Assembly: GCF_964204645.1 (NCBI RefSeq)
Contig: NC_134028.1
Span: forward strand, 8,680,001-8,744,000
Reading direction: 5' to 3'
DNA: 64,000 nucleotides
Source: Tubulanus polymorphus
Lineage: Eukaryota; Animalia; Nemertea
Position numbers and translations under genes: made by a program. Shown piece after piece: positions 39,414 through 50,604 of this stretch (position 1 is the first letter of the stretch; every line of letters begins with the position of its first letter). The notes under the pieces are model-generated. The model was not told the DNA's origin. It saw only the letters and a list, made by a program, of their open reading frames with translations, and ran no database searches.

Positions 39414-41768
39414 GTTGCAAATACCGAAATAAAGAACATGAAAGTGGACCCGAATGGATCGACGAAAAAGATCCCTGTAAACTTAATATGTGCTCGGTAA
39501 GTTTCAGAATAATCAGCATCAAAAAGAAATGATGTTACCAAAAATATACAGGTTTTTCGTATCATCAACGAAGTGGAGATATGAAGTATATTTGTTTTGA
39601 TATTTTCCAGGCTGGTGTTTTGACTCACACTACCATACAATGTCGTCCAGTGTGCCGTGAACAGATTTACAAACCGGGACAATGTTGCCCCGCCTGCAGC
39701 AGCGAGAAAGAAAATACAAAAGGATGCGTTGTTAATGGAATTACCGTAGAAAATGGCAAATCAATCATAAAACCTGGTGAAAAATGTACAACTTGTAAAT
39801 GCGAGGTAAACTTAGATTTTTAATGTCTATAGGAAAACGTCGGATTAGTTGGCAAAGTTAAGATATAAAATATGTATCGTAATCTATCATTTTAGTCGGG
39901 GGAATTGACGTGCACTCAGAAGGTTTGTCCAGTTTTAAACTGTCCACACAAATATCAAACGCATGAAGGAAATGAATGCTGTCCAGTTTGTAAAGGTAAC
40001 TAACTATATGAAATTATACAGATGTTTTTAAATGATTCCACGGTTGAAATTGATAGATGTGCATGTAATTTATTCCTTAAAACCAATTAATTGTTTTCAT
40101 TTGCACAGGAAAAGCTGTAACGGCCAGTTCTATTCACGGGAGTTGTTTGTTTCGAGGTCATCTTCATCGAGAGAGGCGACATTTTATGCCCGATAAATGC
40201 ACGAAGTGTTCATGTTACGACGGCGGGATGCGGTGTTATCGTGAATCTTGTCCAGATCTAAATTGTCCAAAAGAATTCTTGGTCTTCGATAAGAAGTCGT
40301 GTTGTCCGACATGTAAGCGGCCGGCTGGATGTGCATACAAAGGCAAAGTGTACAAGGTAAAAACATATCACTATTTGTGTTGACTTCAATCTTTAAGTTT
40401 ATATGTCTTTAATTTGCTAACTTCTTTATTTCTCCAATCATAGATTGATCAGAGTTGGAAGGACGGATCCTGTACGGATTGTAGGTGTAAAGACGGAAAG
40501 GCGACCTGCCAAAAAATCACATGCGGATTAACTCCAAAATGCCCACAGGTAAATAATTGAATATGATTTTCATTTAAGGTTTTCCTTTGAAATCACGTGA
40601 GTTTATGAACCAAATACCATTTATTGATGCGTTATTTCTGATATATTTTCAGAAATCCATTTTATACAGACCGCAAGGAGAATGCTGCGCGTTATGTGTA
40701 CCAGCTCACAGCGTTTGTTCCCTCACTGGTTCGAACAAGGATTATTTGTCGTACGCATCGTTTGACGGGTTCAATTTCAAATTCGGTGGAACTTGTCGCT
40801 ACACTTTGCTTCAAGATGTCGCCGATCGTCAGATAAACATCCGCGTCAAAAACGAGTTCCACCCGTACCCGACAGTGAGAACGAAACTAGTCACAATCAT
40901 CGTATCTTCGTTATCTATCGGACTACACAGAGATCTCGATATCAGAGTAAATCGTAGTAAAATCCGTGTTCCGTACAAACACGAAAACTTCACTATAGAA
41001 ATCGTTAAAAACGCGACGGTTGTAGTGAATGTGATAAACGGGTTTAAGTTAACGTGGAGTAAACAAGGAGATATCGACGTTTACGTTACACCGAGTTGGC
41101 AGGATAAATTAGGCGGTATTTGCGGTAATTTCAATCAGGTCGTTAAAGACGATACTCGAACGAAAGCGAAGCGAGAAATCGTCTCAGACGCGGAGGTTTT
41201 CGCTAAGTCTTGGCGAGTCGGCGGTAAATGCAACTGCGATGAACCGTTCAACAGTAAAAAGTCATCGTGTCAAACAATCGATCAGAGAGTTCGCGCTCAT
41301 CAGAAATGTGATATCCTCAAGAGTCCATCGTTCAAGAAATGCCACAAGAAAGTTCCCGTCAAACCTTTTCTCAGGTAAATATCTCGTGTTATGTTACATT
41401 TTCCTACCCTCCTTATATGAGTAATGCTACGGAAACTGCGATGAAATGGAGAGAGTCTTATAACTAATACATTACATATTCTTTACAGGGCTTGTACCGA
41501 TAACGTTTGCGAATGTCCTTTGGGTAAAAACTGCGAATGCGCCATCGTGAAGTTTTATATGAGAGAATGCGCCGAACACAACGTAAATCTGAAATTACCG
41601 AAAAATTCTGCATGTAAACCTTCTACTCAACGACAACATGACTCCAACTCGAAGAAACATCTGAAAAAACAAGAAAAAAAGAAAAGACGAGGAAGAGTTC
41701 CTTTGTTGTTGCGATCATTGGGAGGAGTAATTATTGGTGACGAGTTAGAAAACAACATATTGGACTAA
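39414..41768 (+). CDS. BMPER: BMPER/crossveinless-2-like protein, copy 1 (4 VWC repeats visible, VWD, C8, basic tail). Exons: 39414-39496, 39611-39805, 39896-39995, 40109-40356, 40444-40548, 40653-41374, 41489-41768
   Basis: GT-AG introns with a continuous frame (1733 nt plus 1). VWC motifs GQCCPAC, CTTCKC, CPVLNCP, GSCLFRG; VWD FDGFNFKFGGTCRYTL...LGGICGNFN...FAKSWRVG; C8 RAHQKCDILKS...CTDNVCECPLGKNCEC, in the BMPER order. Signal peptide and first VWC not found nearby. Confidence 0.88.
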
Positions 41769-43856
41769 TTTGTGATTATTTGTGCTAATTGGAATATATG
41801 GAAAATATCACTGCCGTTTAAAAAGTTGGACATCGTGTATTTACGTGTATCCAGTGAACATATTATTTGATATGAGACTATGTTTTGATTCTGTTAATAA
41901 TTGTTATTGCTGTTTTAGTTTCGTTGTTAATCTTACATTCTTTTTCAGAGTTGTCACTAGTTATTGGTTTTTATTGCATTTCTTGTCTAATTATTAATTT
42001 TGTTTACAGGATTTTGTATATGATTGTATATGATTGTATTTTATATATATCATAGTTATAAGATAATTCTATATTTTGCCTTAGATGCCTTTTAACATCT
42101 TTACTTTGTTTTGCAGGGTGTAAACTTATGTACATTTATGTTATATTTTACGTTAATTTTTTCATACAATGTGCTTTTTTCCTCATCGCATATTTAGTTG
42201 TATTGATTTGTTACTAATTACTCTTTATTTCAGGACCAAATGTAAATGCATGTTGTTGTATAACTATTATCAAAATATACTAGTTGAAATAAAACATTTT
42301 TGTCTTATTATTTTTAACGCAATTTTGTGTCAAATTCACATATTTCTTTTTCGAAGGCTTTTCACTATACGATTTTAAAAGATCGAGCAATCGTTTTAAT
42401 TATGAATAATGCAATTCTACCTCCTGCGTTATGCAATGATGTAAATTGAGGTACAGCCCTACAGGAAACAGCTTACGTGAAAACTGTAGGTAAAATGACC
42501 AGATTTATCAATGGTATATGATACTGAATTCATCGTGGTACTTAATACAGTTTTTTTGGAGTTATCATAAAATAAACCTCTGAGTCTTATCCATTGGTTT
42601 TGCAACGTTAGTAAATTGGCGCCAATAACTCCATAAACTTAAGCAAATTGTATCAAGGATTATGCTCCTATGTACTATTACTTATCTGTGTTTCATTACC
42701 CGATGGAGCCCCAATCTTTATTTGTTTCAACATCTGTCAGTACATCGTGCGTGTAACAACATTTACTTCACTTTTTGTACGTAAGATATTTTACATAAAC
42801 TTTTTGTTTAACTGGATTAATATGATACTTATACGTATCGGAATGACATCTCTGGCGTGTAAAATTAATATTTTGATGTTTGAATTGGATTTCTTGGCGA
42901 GTAGAATATGATACATTTAGCGGATTGGATTCGAGGTATAAAATATATGCACCGACCGCGGGCGTATTATATTATGTCTACGTTCGCTATTGAGGAATTT
43001 GTCTATGCGTTCGTTTTTCAAATGGAATTCATCCTAGGATTCGTTAGATACGCTTTTTAGCCTGGTGCCCTTTTACGTCAACACTGAGAATATGACCCGT
43101 GTCAAAGACCTGAATTTCAAAATGTGAAGTGAATTTATTAATCAACGAAATATCGGTCGTATCAACGGCAACAGTGTTAGTGGAATGAAAATACCAACAA
43201 CTTTCTTTCCTCGAATCCCAGAAAGGATGATTTGTTTCTATGAATTTTTTTCTATTCGTAGTTTCATCATTGAATTGAGAACTTTGGAACTGAAATTTCT
43301 ATGATTTTTGTTAAATTGTGGACGGAGTTCGATTTATGGAAATCAGAGACTGTGGAATTGGAACGAAATTATAATGAAAACAACACGTGGCACTTTCCGT
43401 AATGATTCGAAGAATATTATTGTTGGCAGTTTTGTAACACGTTGACTAATATATCATAGTACATGAAAAATCAAAGCTGTACCTTTCTAAGTTGAAACGC
43501 AACTGATTACGAGAACAAATTGTCATATTTTGATGACGTAGCTAACTGACCGACAGCAATCGTCGAAACCCGACAGTAGAGTCATAGTTAAGTACATCCT
43601 ATAATCGACATAAGATATGGCAGAAAAATCTACGAGAAATGATTTTTGTACATATTTCAGAAGAATAGAAATTTCATATTATCAAGTTGAGGTGCAGAGC
43701 TGATAGTCAACTAGATGGCGTTTACTTGACGAAATCGCATAATGAACGATAGACTGTAATGATGGCATTTCTGCAGTTTTTCCGCGTTGATACGTCAACG
43801 TTATCTATATATCTTCCGAGCGAGTTGCGATCTGAAATAAAAACGAAAAACGACAC

Positions 43857-44807
43857 TTACAAGTCGTTTACGATGATGCCTCTCGTTTCGAAAAATACAT
43901 TCCTTATTTCATTCCTGATTTCTTTTCCCGTCAGCAAATATAAGTAGAGATTATACGAATAGTTTATTATGAGAATATCGGTAAGGGCAGTGAAAATTTT
44001 CTTTAATTCGGGATTATTCCAGAGGAAAGGGCTAATTATAGAGAAGGGAAATGTTGTGACCATGAAGAAGATGCAAAGTAACACGACCATAACGGTCACC
44101 TGGTTCGAATATTTCGATGCTTGATTAGCCTTCAGGTTTCCGGCATATTTTCTTTTGAATAAAGCGACGGAGGTAATTGTGGATAAGATGGTGAGTAAAC
44201 AAAATGGACTCCCAGAAATGAACAGCAGAGCCCTGATTTGGTACAATCTTTCGTCGCTGGTACAACCGATTTCACTGACGTTGATTGTTACAAATATATA
44301 ACTGTACGTCAATGCTATTAGGCATGCTATTGATAAACATAACCTAGAGCTGGTTGCGGGTGTCCAGAACCGGGGACCTTTAAACGGAAAACAAACCACA
44401 CACATTCGTTCGGTGGCTACGAGCACCAGCGTCCACGGACTCCCCGTACAACCAAACATGACGATATACTCGAAAAACATGCACTGAATTCGCGTTGACG
44501 GTTTGATAAGTAAAGTCCCGTAAAACGAATGATATATAACGTTGACGTATTTATTGAAAAAAGCGCTGAGGACGATAGTGTCGCAGACAGCCAGTTGAAC
44601 GAACATCCGACTGAAGGAACGTCGCCATAATTTAGGCCGCTGCATAACGATTACGATCAGAGGATTACCGGTGAATCCTAGAATATAACAAAGACTCGTG
44701 AACACGAGGTAAATCCATAGATAAGATCCATTTACCGTGGTTGCACCCGCTATGATAGATACATATATGTTAGTCGCGCTCGTTCGGTTCTGAAGATGGG
44801 GAGTCAT
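43857..44807 (-). CDS. Intronless rhodopsin-family (class A) GPCR, peptide-receptor-like, paralog 1 (316 aa)
   Basis: Seven hydrophobic segments; GN in TM1, LAVCD in TM2, ERM at the DRY position, FP in TM6, NYSYNLYLY in TM7. Confidence 0.9.
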   Translation of the reverse strand: MTPHLQNRTSATNIYVSIIAGATTVNGSYLWIYLVFTSLCYILGFTGNPLIVIVMQRPKLWRRSFSRMFVQLAVCDTIVLSAFFNKYVNVIYHSFYGTLLIKPSTRIQCMFFEYIVMFGCTGSPWTLVLVATERMCVVCFPFKGPRFWTPATSSRLCLSIACLIALTYSYIFVTINVSEIGCTSDERLYQIRALLFISGSPFCLLTILSTITSVALFKRKYAGNLKANQASKYSNQVTVMVVLLCIFFMVTTFPFSIISPFLWNNPELKKIFTALTDILIINYSYNLYLYLLTGKEIRNEIRNVFFETRGIIVNDL

Positions 44808-45194
44808 CTAAATTGATAGTTCAAAAATGCTTATAGATACGCAGCACTAATGTATTGTATTCATCTCGTAAAAGGAAGCTTGCATCGATATGAAATTATA
44901 CATTCATATGTCTAAACGGGCAAAATACGATATTTTGGCGAGTAGAATGTGATATTTCAAACTGGTTAATAAAATATGATATAGTTTGTACGTATTATAT
45001 CTTGATGAAATAACACATATTGATTCAAATTTTTGGGATGTTTGTAGATTTTGACGCATTTATTAATTTCGTTACTATTTTGACAAAATTTGGTAAATCG
45101 ATACTTTTTACGAAGTAGCATATATTAATTAGAATATATAGTACATGTTTTGACTTTTAGGTGGCGCTGCTAATAAAAGCCGCATCATGTAAAC

Positions 45195-45430
45195 ATTGAT
45201 AGAAACGAACGTATTTGTACATATTGTAGTCTTAACAAAATCGGCGATGAATTCCATTTTCTTTTTAATGTTCCAAACTAAACAATATACGAAGAGCTTT
45301 CCTAACACCTTTTTATGTAAATAGAACCAATACTTTTAGTCACAATTACTTAATGCTGTAAATAACAATATATTAATTAAACTCGCTAGATTTGTAAATG
45401 CTGGTCTCAAGCTACTTAAGTAAAATTCAC
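45195..45430 (+). mobile_element. LINE ORF2 C-terminal zinc-knuckle fragment
   Basis: RNERICTYCSLNKIGDEFHFLF...KLARFVNAGL; a similar fragment (RLCT..GKICDEYHYLMIC) lies at ~45610-45720. Confidence 0.7.
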
Positions 45431-45734
45431 GTATACATATCTGTTATCTCTATTATTATTCTATTCTATGTGTATCTCTGTTTTCTTGTTTTTAAGTTTT
45501 GTAAATTATCAATTTTATTGTACAAATTCTTTTAACCTCTATACCAATGTTTGGTTAGAGCGAAATAAATAAACCTAAAACCTAAGCATCTCCTAAGCAT
45601 CTCATACGAAAAAGAAAGAAGAAAGACTATGTACAATAGGTAATTCCGGCAAAATTTGTGATGAGTACCATTATCTAATGATCTGTCATTCTCACACCAA
45701 GCTAAGAAGAAGATACCTAACTAGTTAAATAAAG

Positions 45735-46350
45735 CCATAAAAAGAAGCTGTATAGTGCTTCATTGATTATGCAAAGGCCTTCGATTCAAAATGGAGAAGA
45801 ACACTATGGCATATGTTAATTTTAACGGTTGTAACCGGTAATGTGCTCCAATTGATTAAGAATATACATTTTCATGTTAAATCATGTCAGCAGTTAAGGC
45901 CACTGGGCTAACTTCAAAATACTTTGACAGCAACACTGGACTACGTCAAGGTGAAAATTTATCTTAAGTGCTCTTCTCCGTATAAATATGTATATCAATG
46001 ATTTCGAAGATTATTTGTATCTAGATGGGTGCCAAGGTATCAATTTAGTAGTTGATGGCAACGACAATATGTGGCTGAGGTTATTAGTCCTATTGTACAC
46101 CGATGAGACTATTTTACTGACTGACAGTGCCGATAACCTGCAGCATTTACTTACCTCTGCTTCAAAATACTGCGAGCTATGGAAATCATCTATTAATATT
46201 GAAAATACAAAAGCAATGGTGTTTGAAAAAAAGAAGAGCACGGCGTCAGCCTACCTTTTTCATAGACGGTAACCAAATTGAAGTGGTCAAAGATTTTCGG
46301 AGTTATTTTTAATTATAATGACTCGTTCACGAAATGTAGAAAAAGTGCAT
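45735..46350 (+). pseudogene. Degraded non-LTR retrotransposon reverse-transcriptase fragment
   Basis: FIDYAKAFDS, TGLRQGENLS*, YINDF, LLYTDET (YADD site decayed), INIENTKAMVF, with stops and frameshifts. Confidence 0.85.
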
Positions 46351-47384
46351 GCAAACATAAATAATTCTAGCAAATGCTCAACATACCGATTGCTTAAAAC
46401 GGATTGAGGCCAAGAACATTTTCTTTTTTACCGATTTGACAACTGGTTAAAATTTGTAAATTTAAGTACTCAAATCACAACCTACCAATAGAAACGATAT
46501 ATCAACCTACCAATAGAATCGATATATCCATACACCACGCAAGGCGAGGATAAATACGTACGCCGTGGCAGTAATCGTCTCGGGGATGAATTTCATTATA
46601 TATTTGAGTTTTGATGCCATTAAAGATTTGAGACAACGTACGTTACGTATTCCTTTTTTTAATAACTTTAAAGCTGTTATGTTTTTTGTTTCTGTACTGT
46701 ACTGTACTGTACTAAACACTGTATTGATAGAAATCATTATCTACGCTCATTGTATATGTATACATGGAGCAATAAATATATTTCAATTTGAATTTCAGTT
46801 ATTATTACGAAAATCAAACCGAGCTAAAATATTCGAAAACGAAGGACTTTATATTATTATTGAATATTATAGATATGTTGAAATGATCTGTAAATATTTT
46901 GTTTTTACATAGTGTATTAATGTTTTTACATAGTGTAATAATATGCATGTTTTTCCATATCCAAATAGTTCAACATTAAAAGTGGCTAAATTCATAAAAA
47001 CAGATCTAGATGTTAAGATTCCTCAGTAGCATGTATATTGTAAATAGTATGTTGCAAATAACGTTTGATAATTTTTGAAATTCCATTATTTTATGTTTTT
47101 GGGTAATTGTAGCTTTATCGGTCGTGAAAGGACTAATTCATTTCGCGCCGCCCTTGTATCCTAGTGTGCGTGTGCGGGAAAATTAAGCCCAGCATTTAGA
47201 CAAACCTCGAAAGCGTGTATGCATCATGACCGTATATGATACATAACTGGACAAAAATGGAGAATGAAAACTAATTAAGAAAAAAACCAAAAATCATATA
47301 CTTCTGGTACGATCGCGCTCATCAATCTAATTTCCTATTCAAAATCAGGAATAAAGTAGTGGGATACTGTTTAAACTTTGCGTT

Positions 47385-47945
47385 CTCCGTACCAGCACTA
47401 GCAAATTCTGTGAGTCGCGCATTCGGTAAAGTAGTCGCAAAAACATCTAACTACGGGCTACTCTGGTGGCTGATTCGGGCCATAACGTAAAATTCCTGGT
47501 TTGCAAATGAGGGCGCCAGAACGCCAGACCGCCAAAACGAAAAAACGTCGAATTTTCTCTCAAAGTCAGTTTTGGCGCGCCAAAACAAAGAATATTCTGT
47601 TTTGGCATCCCCGCCGTTTCGACGTTTTTCGCTGTTTTGGCGGCGACGTTTTTTTCCGTTTTGGCGTTCTGGCGTTCTGGTGCCCTCATTTGCATACCAG
47701 GAATTTTACGTTATGGCCCGAATCGAATCAGCCACCATAGGCTACAATATGAAACTATCACGAGATTGTTTAACACTAGTTACGCCGATATTGGTTCCAG
47801 TGTTTGGGGAAGTATGAATCATAACATATGCGAAAAAATTAAGTTCAGCGCAATGCGTACTTTAATCGGAATTGGTAGATCACCACCTAAAGCCAGCATT
47901 GAGGACGACGTGGGTTGGTCTCCAAGCCATATTTTCCTTACATAA
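47385..47945 (+). mobile_element. Post-RT LINE ORF2 fragment interrupted by a MITE
   Basis: LANSVSRAFGKVV...GL|QYETITRLFNTSYADIGSSVWG...AMRTLIG...DDVGWSP; the frame is continuous once 47461-47740 and one GCTA are removed. Confidence 0.65.
47461..47740. mobile_element. 280-bp fold-back MITE with 4-bp TSD (GCTA)
   Basis: ~90-bp near-perfect TIRs (ctctggtggctgattcg... / ...cgaatcagccaccatag); GCTA at 47457-47460 and 47741-47744. Confidence 0.9.
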
Positions 47946-48587
47946 ACTGTGTATTGTTCACCTGTGGATCCGTATAAATAACCTCCAGCAGATATCCCTG
48001 CAAGAATCTACATTCTGGCGTTTCAAATAGGTTTTCAGTCTATTAGATATAAACTGCGTTTGATGAATGAGAAATGATTAAGTATGAAAACTGTTTGTCG
48101 TAAATTGAATGGTCAAAAATATTTACAACAGGAGACAATTCTATAGAGAATCAGCCTCTAATTATACGTGGACTCTAGATTCAAATTTCCATAAAAATGC
48201 ATAGCAAAACTAGAACGTAAAACCGTAATCCTTTTAGCCCTACCTTAGCCCTCTCTCCCCATTTTCAACGATCAAACTTGGGATTCTTAGCATTCAAACT
48301 TAAACCAGTTTGTCCGCAGTAATGTCCCGGGGTACAAGCGTCGCACGAAGCGACCTGCATCAAGCCGGTGCGATTACTGAACGTTCCCAGCGGGCATTGA
48401 ACCCCTGTGACGCTGCCGACCTTTAAGGAATGTTGGATGTTATTTCAGAAATAGATTTTTCTTACAAAAATTGGATTAAAAACATGATATTGAATATAAC
48501 CTCAACTTCGGGTCGTTTAACATCAAAATATAAGTCAACAAATAGCCTAACCCTAGATCGACCATATAACCCAATCTAACCTCTATC

Positions 48588-48640
48588 AAGACTTGAACCC
48601 AGGCCTCTAACATGCAGCGTCTACCCCTAGACCACAGAGT
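48588..48640 (-). repeat. tRNA-derived/SINE-head-like remnant
   Basis: Minus strand ctctgTGGTCTAGGGGtagacgctgcatgttagaggcctgGGTTCAAGTC has A-box and B-box-like motifs, but is too short for a cloverleaf. Confidence 0.35.
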
Positions 48641-48683
48641 TGAAGTAACCAACTTAGTTTCTAAGTTTGTCCGGTCGGGTGAT

Positions 48684-48906
48684 AGTGACCAGCCTGGTGT
48701 GGTGACTGGTGACCAGTCAAATGCGGTGACCAGTCAGATGGACCAGTCAGGTGCGGTGACTGGTGAAAAGTCAGGTGCGGTGACTGGTGAATAGTCAGGT
48801 GTGGAGGCTGCTGAACAGTCAGGTGCGGTGACCGGTGATCAGTTAGGTGTGGAGACTGGTGACCAGTCAGGTGAGGTGTCTGGTGATCATTCAGGTGTGG
48901 TGACTA
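48684..48906. repeat. 24-bp tandem repeat (GTGACTGGTGACCAGTCAGGTGCG), about 9 copies
   Basis: Directly visible. Confidence 0.88.
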
Positions 48907-49285
48907 TATTCACTAACCCGCTACCATTCACTGGTGCCTGTGCGTGTAGCTAGGGAAATTCCAAGGTCACTGCAATCATCTGTTCTAATGATGACGGTTG
49001 ATAGTATCCTGATCTTGAGGAATGCAATAAAAAGGACTGTGATTGGTTAATTGCAGTATATCCCTACGCGCAGTTAATGATATAAAATAGCTTAAGATTC
49101 ATCGTATGTTTCTGGCTGTTTAAATTCCAACGTCAGATAACGAAATTATGAGTATCGTTTTTAATGACTCGTGATACAAATACTGATATCGATGCTGCAC
49201 CAATTAGGGTTTGGTCGTCACCAGACACAATTTCTTTCCCTCTTGGATAAAGCATAGATTGGAACGCTGCAGCATCCGAACTATA

Positions 49286-50395
49286 ATGGACATACGTGCA
49301 ATCGTTACGACTCCATCCGAGCGGCTTAACGATGACTCACATGGTTACGAACGTAGCTATCGTGATAATTGTGGGGTTACTTCATTACGCGCAACTTTCG
49401 ACATATACATAAATCTTTTCGGAGCCTTCCCCGTCATGCTACTAGGCATAATCTTAAACATTTTGATTATCGTTACACTACGAATACAGAGTTCAACTTA
49501 CATCTCGTATTATCTTTTACGCTGTTTGGCTTTTTGGGACATAATGTTTTTGATATGGCGTGGGATGCAAGGACCAGTACGTTATTTACTAGCAGTGCTT
49601 ATACAAGGTGACTTCATATTTGAAATCCATTGGCATTCTAATTATATGCCATGGCTTTATGTCATAGCGCATTTACCACGATATGCCTCTCAATTGACAC
49701 GGAATTGGATAACTGTCGGTGTCGTCGCACAACGAACTTTCTCAATTCTATTTCCATTTTTTGCGAAACGAAATATCACAAAATTTCGAATCAAAGTCCT
49801 GATAGTTTTAGTTTTCATAATTTCTGCAGCAATGTATAGCCCTTATCTCGCTACCGTAAAAATCATATATTTTTGGGATGTCTGCACAAATCGTCTTCAA
49901 ATGGATCTCCGTAAAAGACAGAGTAAACAATTGAAAGCTATTTTTTCAGCGCTTTTTGCCGTTTACGGGCCACTTTCTAAGGAATACCTACCGATTGTAT
50001 TATTGATCATTTTCAATACAATTATGATAATAAAACTGCGACAAATTCAGAATAAACGGAAAGATGATTTCACGTCACACGGAGGTGAGGATAAAAATAA
50101 AAATATTGATATCAAAGCTACTAAAATGGCAATATCAGTTGTTATAGTTTTCATCATTTTTGAAGCACCCGGCTCTATCTCAACGGTATACGGTCATATG
50201 AGGTCACGATTCAAGAATCTTCCTCCTTTACCACAAGCATGGCATGCCTATGTCAATCAAACTTTTAGCGCATTATTCCCAATGTTGAATTCAACCTCTA
50301 ATTTTCTCTTGTACTGTATTGTAAATAGTTCGTTTAGGAAAACAGCGCAGAATCTTATAACATACCAATGTCAACGAAACGCGATGAGCAAATAA
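49286..50395 (+). CDS. Intronless class A GPCR, FMRFamide/sex-peptide-receptor-like (369 aa from the first ATG)
   Basis: GIILN in TM1, LAFWD in TM2, RNWITV..AQRT (QRT at the DRY position), FIIFEAP in TM6, NSTSNFLLYC in TM7. The track ORF begins at a TTG (49211); the first ATG is at 49286. Confidence 0.9.
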   Translation: MDIRAIVTTPSERLNDDSHGYERSYRDNCGVTSLRATFDIYINLFGAFPVMLLGIILNILIIVTLRIQSSTYISYYLLRCLAFWDIMFLIWRGMQGPVRYLLAVLIQGDFIFEIHWHSNYMPWLYVIAHLPRYASQLTRNWITVGVVAQRTFSILFPFFAKRNITKFRIKVLIVLVFIISAAMYSPYLATVKIIYFWDVCTNRLQMDLRKRQSKQLKAIFSALFAVYGPLSKEYLPIVLLIIFNTIMIIKLRQIQNKRKDDFTSHGGEDKNKNIDIKATKMAISVVIVFIIFEAPGSISTVYGHMRSRFKNLPPLPQAWHAYVNQTFSALFPMLNSTSNFLLYCIVNSSFRKTAQNLITYQCQRNAMSK

Positions 50396-50604
50396 ATGTC
50401 AAATTCGACACGTTTGGCGTCGCAGAGAAATGACCTCGTTTCTCAGGAAAGCCAAATGTCGCCGGCGTCATAAAAAGTGCCTTGTAAAAATTCGTATTCG
50501 CTCGCCCGCATCGGTGAAGTATCAATCGACCTCAATTTGGGTCTCCGAACGGAAAATAAACCTCTTCGTCTCACTCTTTGGTTTCGAAGATCTGATGCAT
50601 TCAG

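Noticed and set aside
40587-40652. N-terminal MKSREFMNQIPFIDALFLIYFQ of the 263-aa ORF (and its equivalent at 63942-63989) as a start
   Set aside because: This is intron sequence ending at the TTTTCAG acceptor.
47447-47817. Mirror-image ORFs beginning MQMRAPERQ on both strands
   Set aside because: By-product of the palindromic MITE.
48612-48794. ORF with VTGDQSGA repeats
   Set aside because: Translation of a 24-bp tandem repeat with an internal stop.
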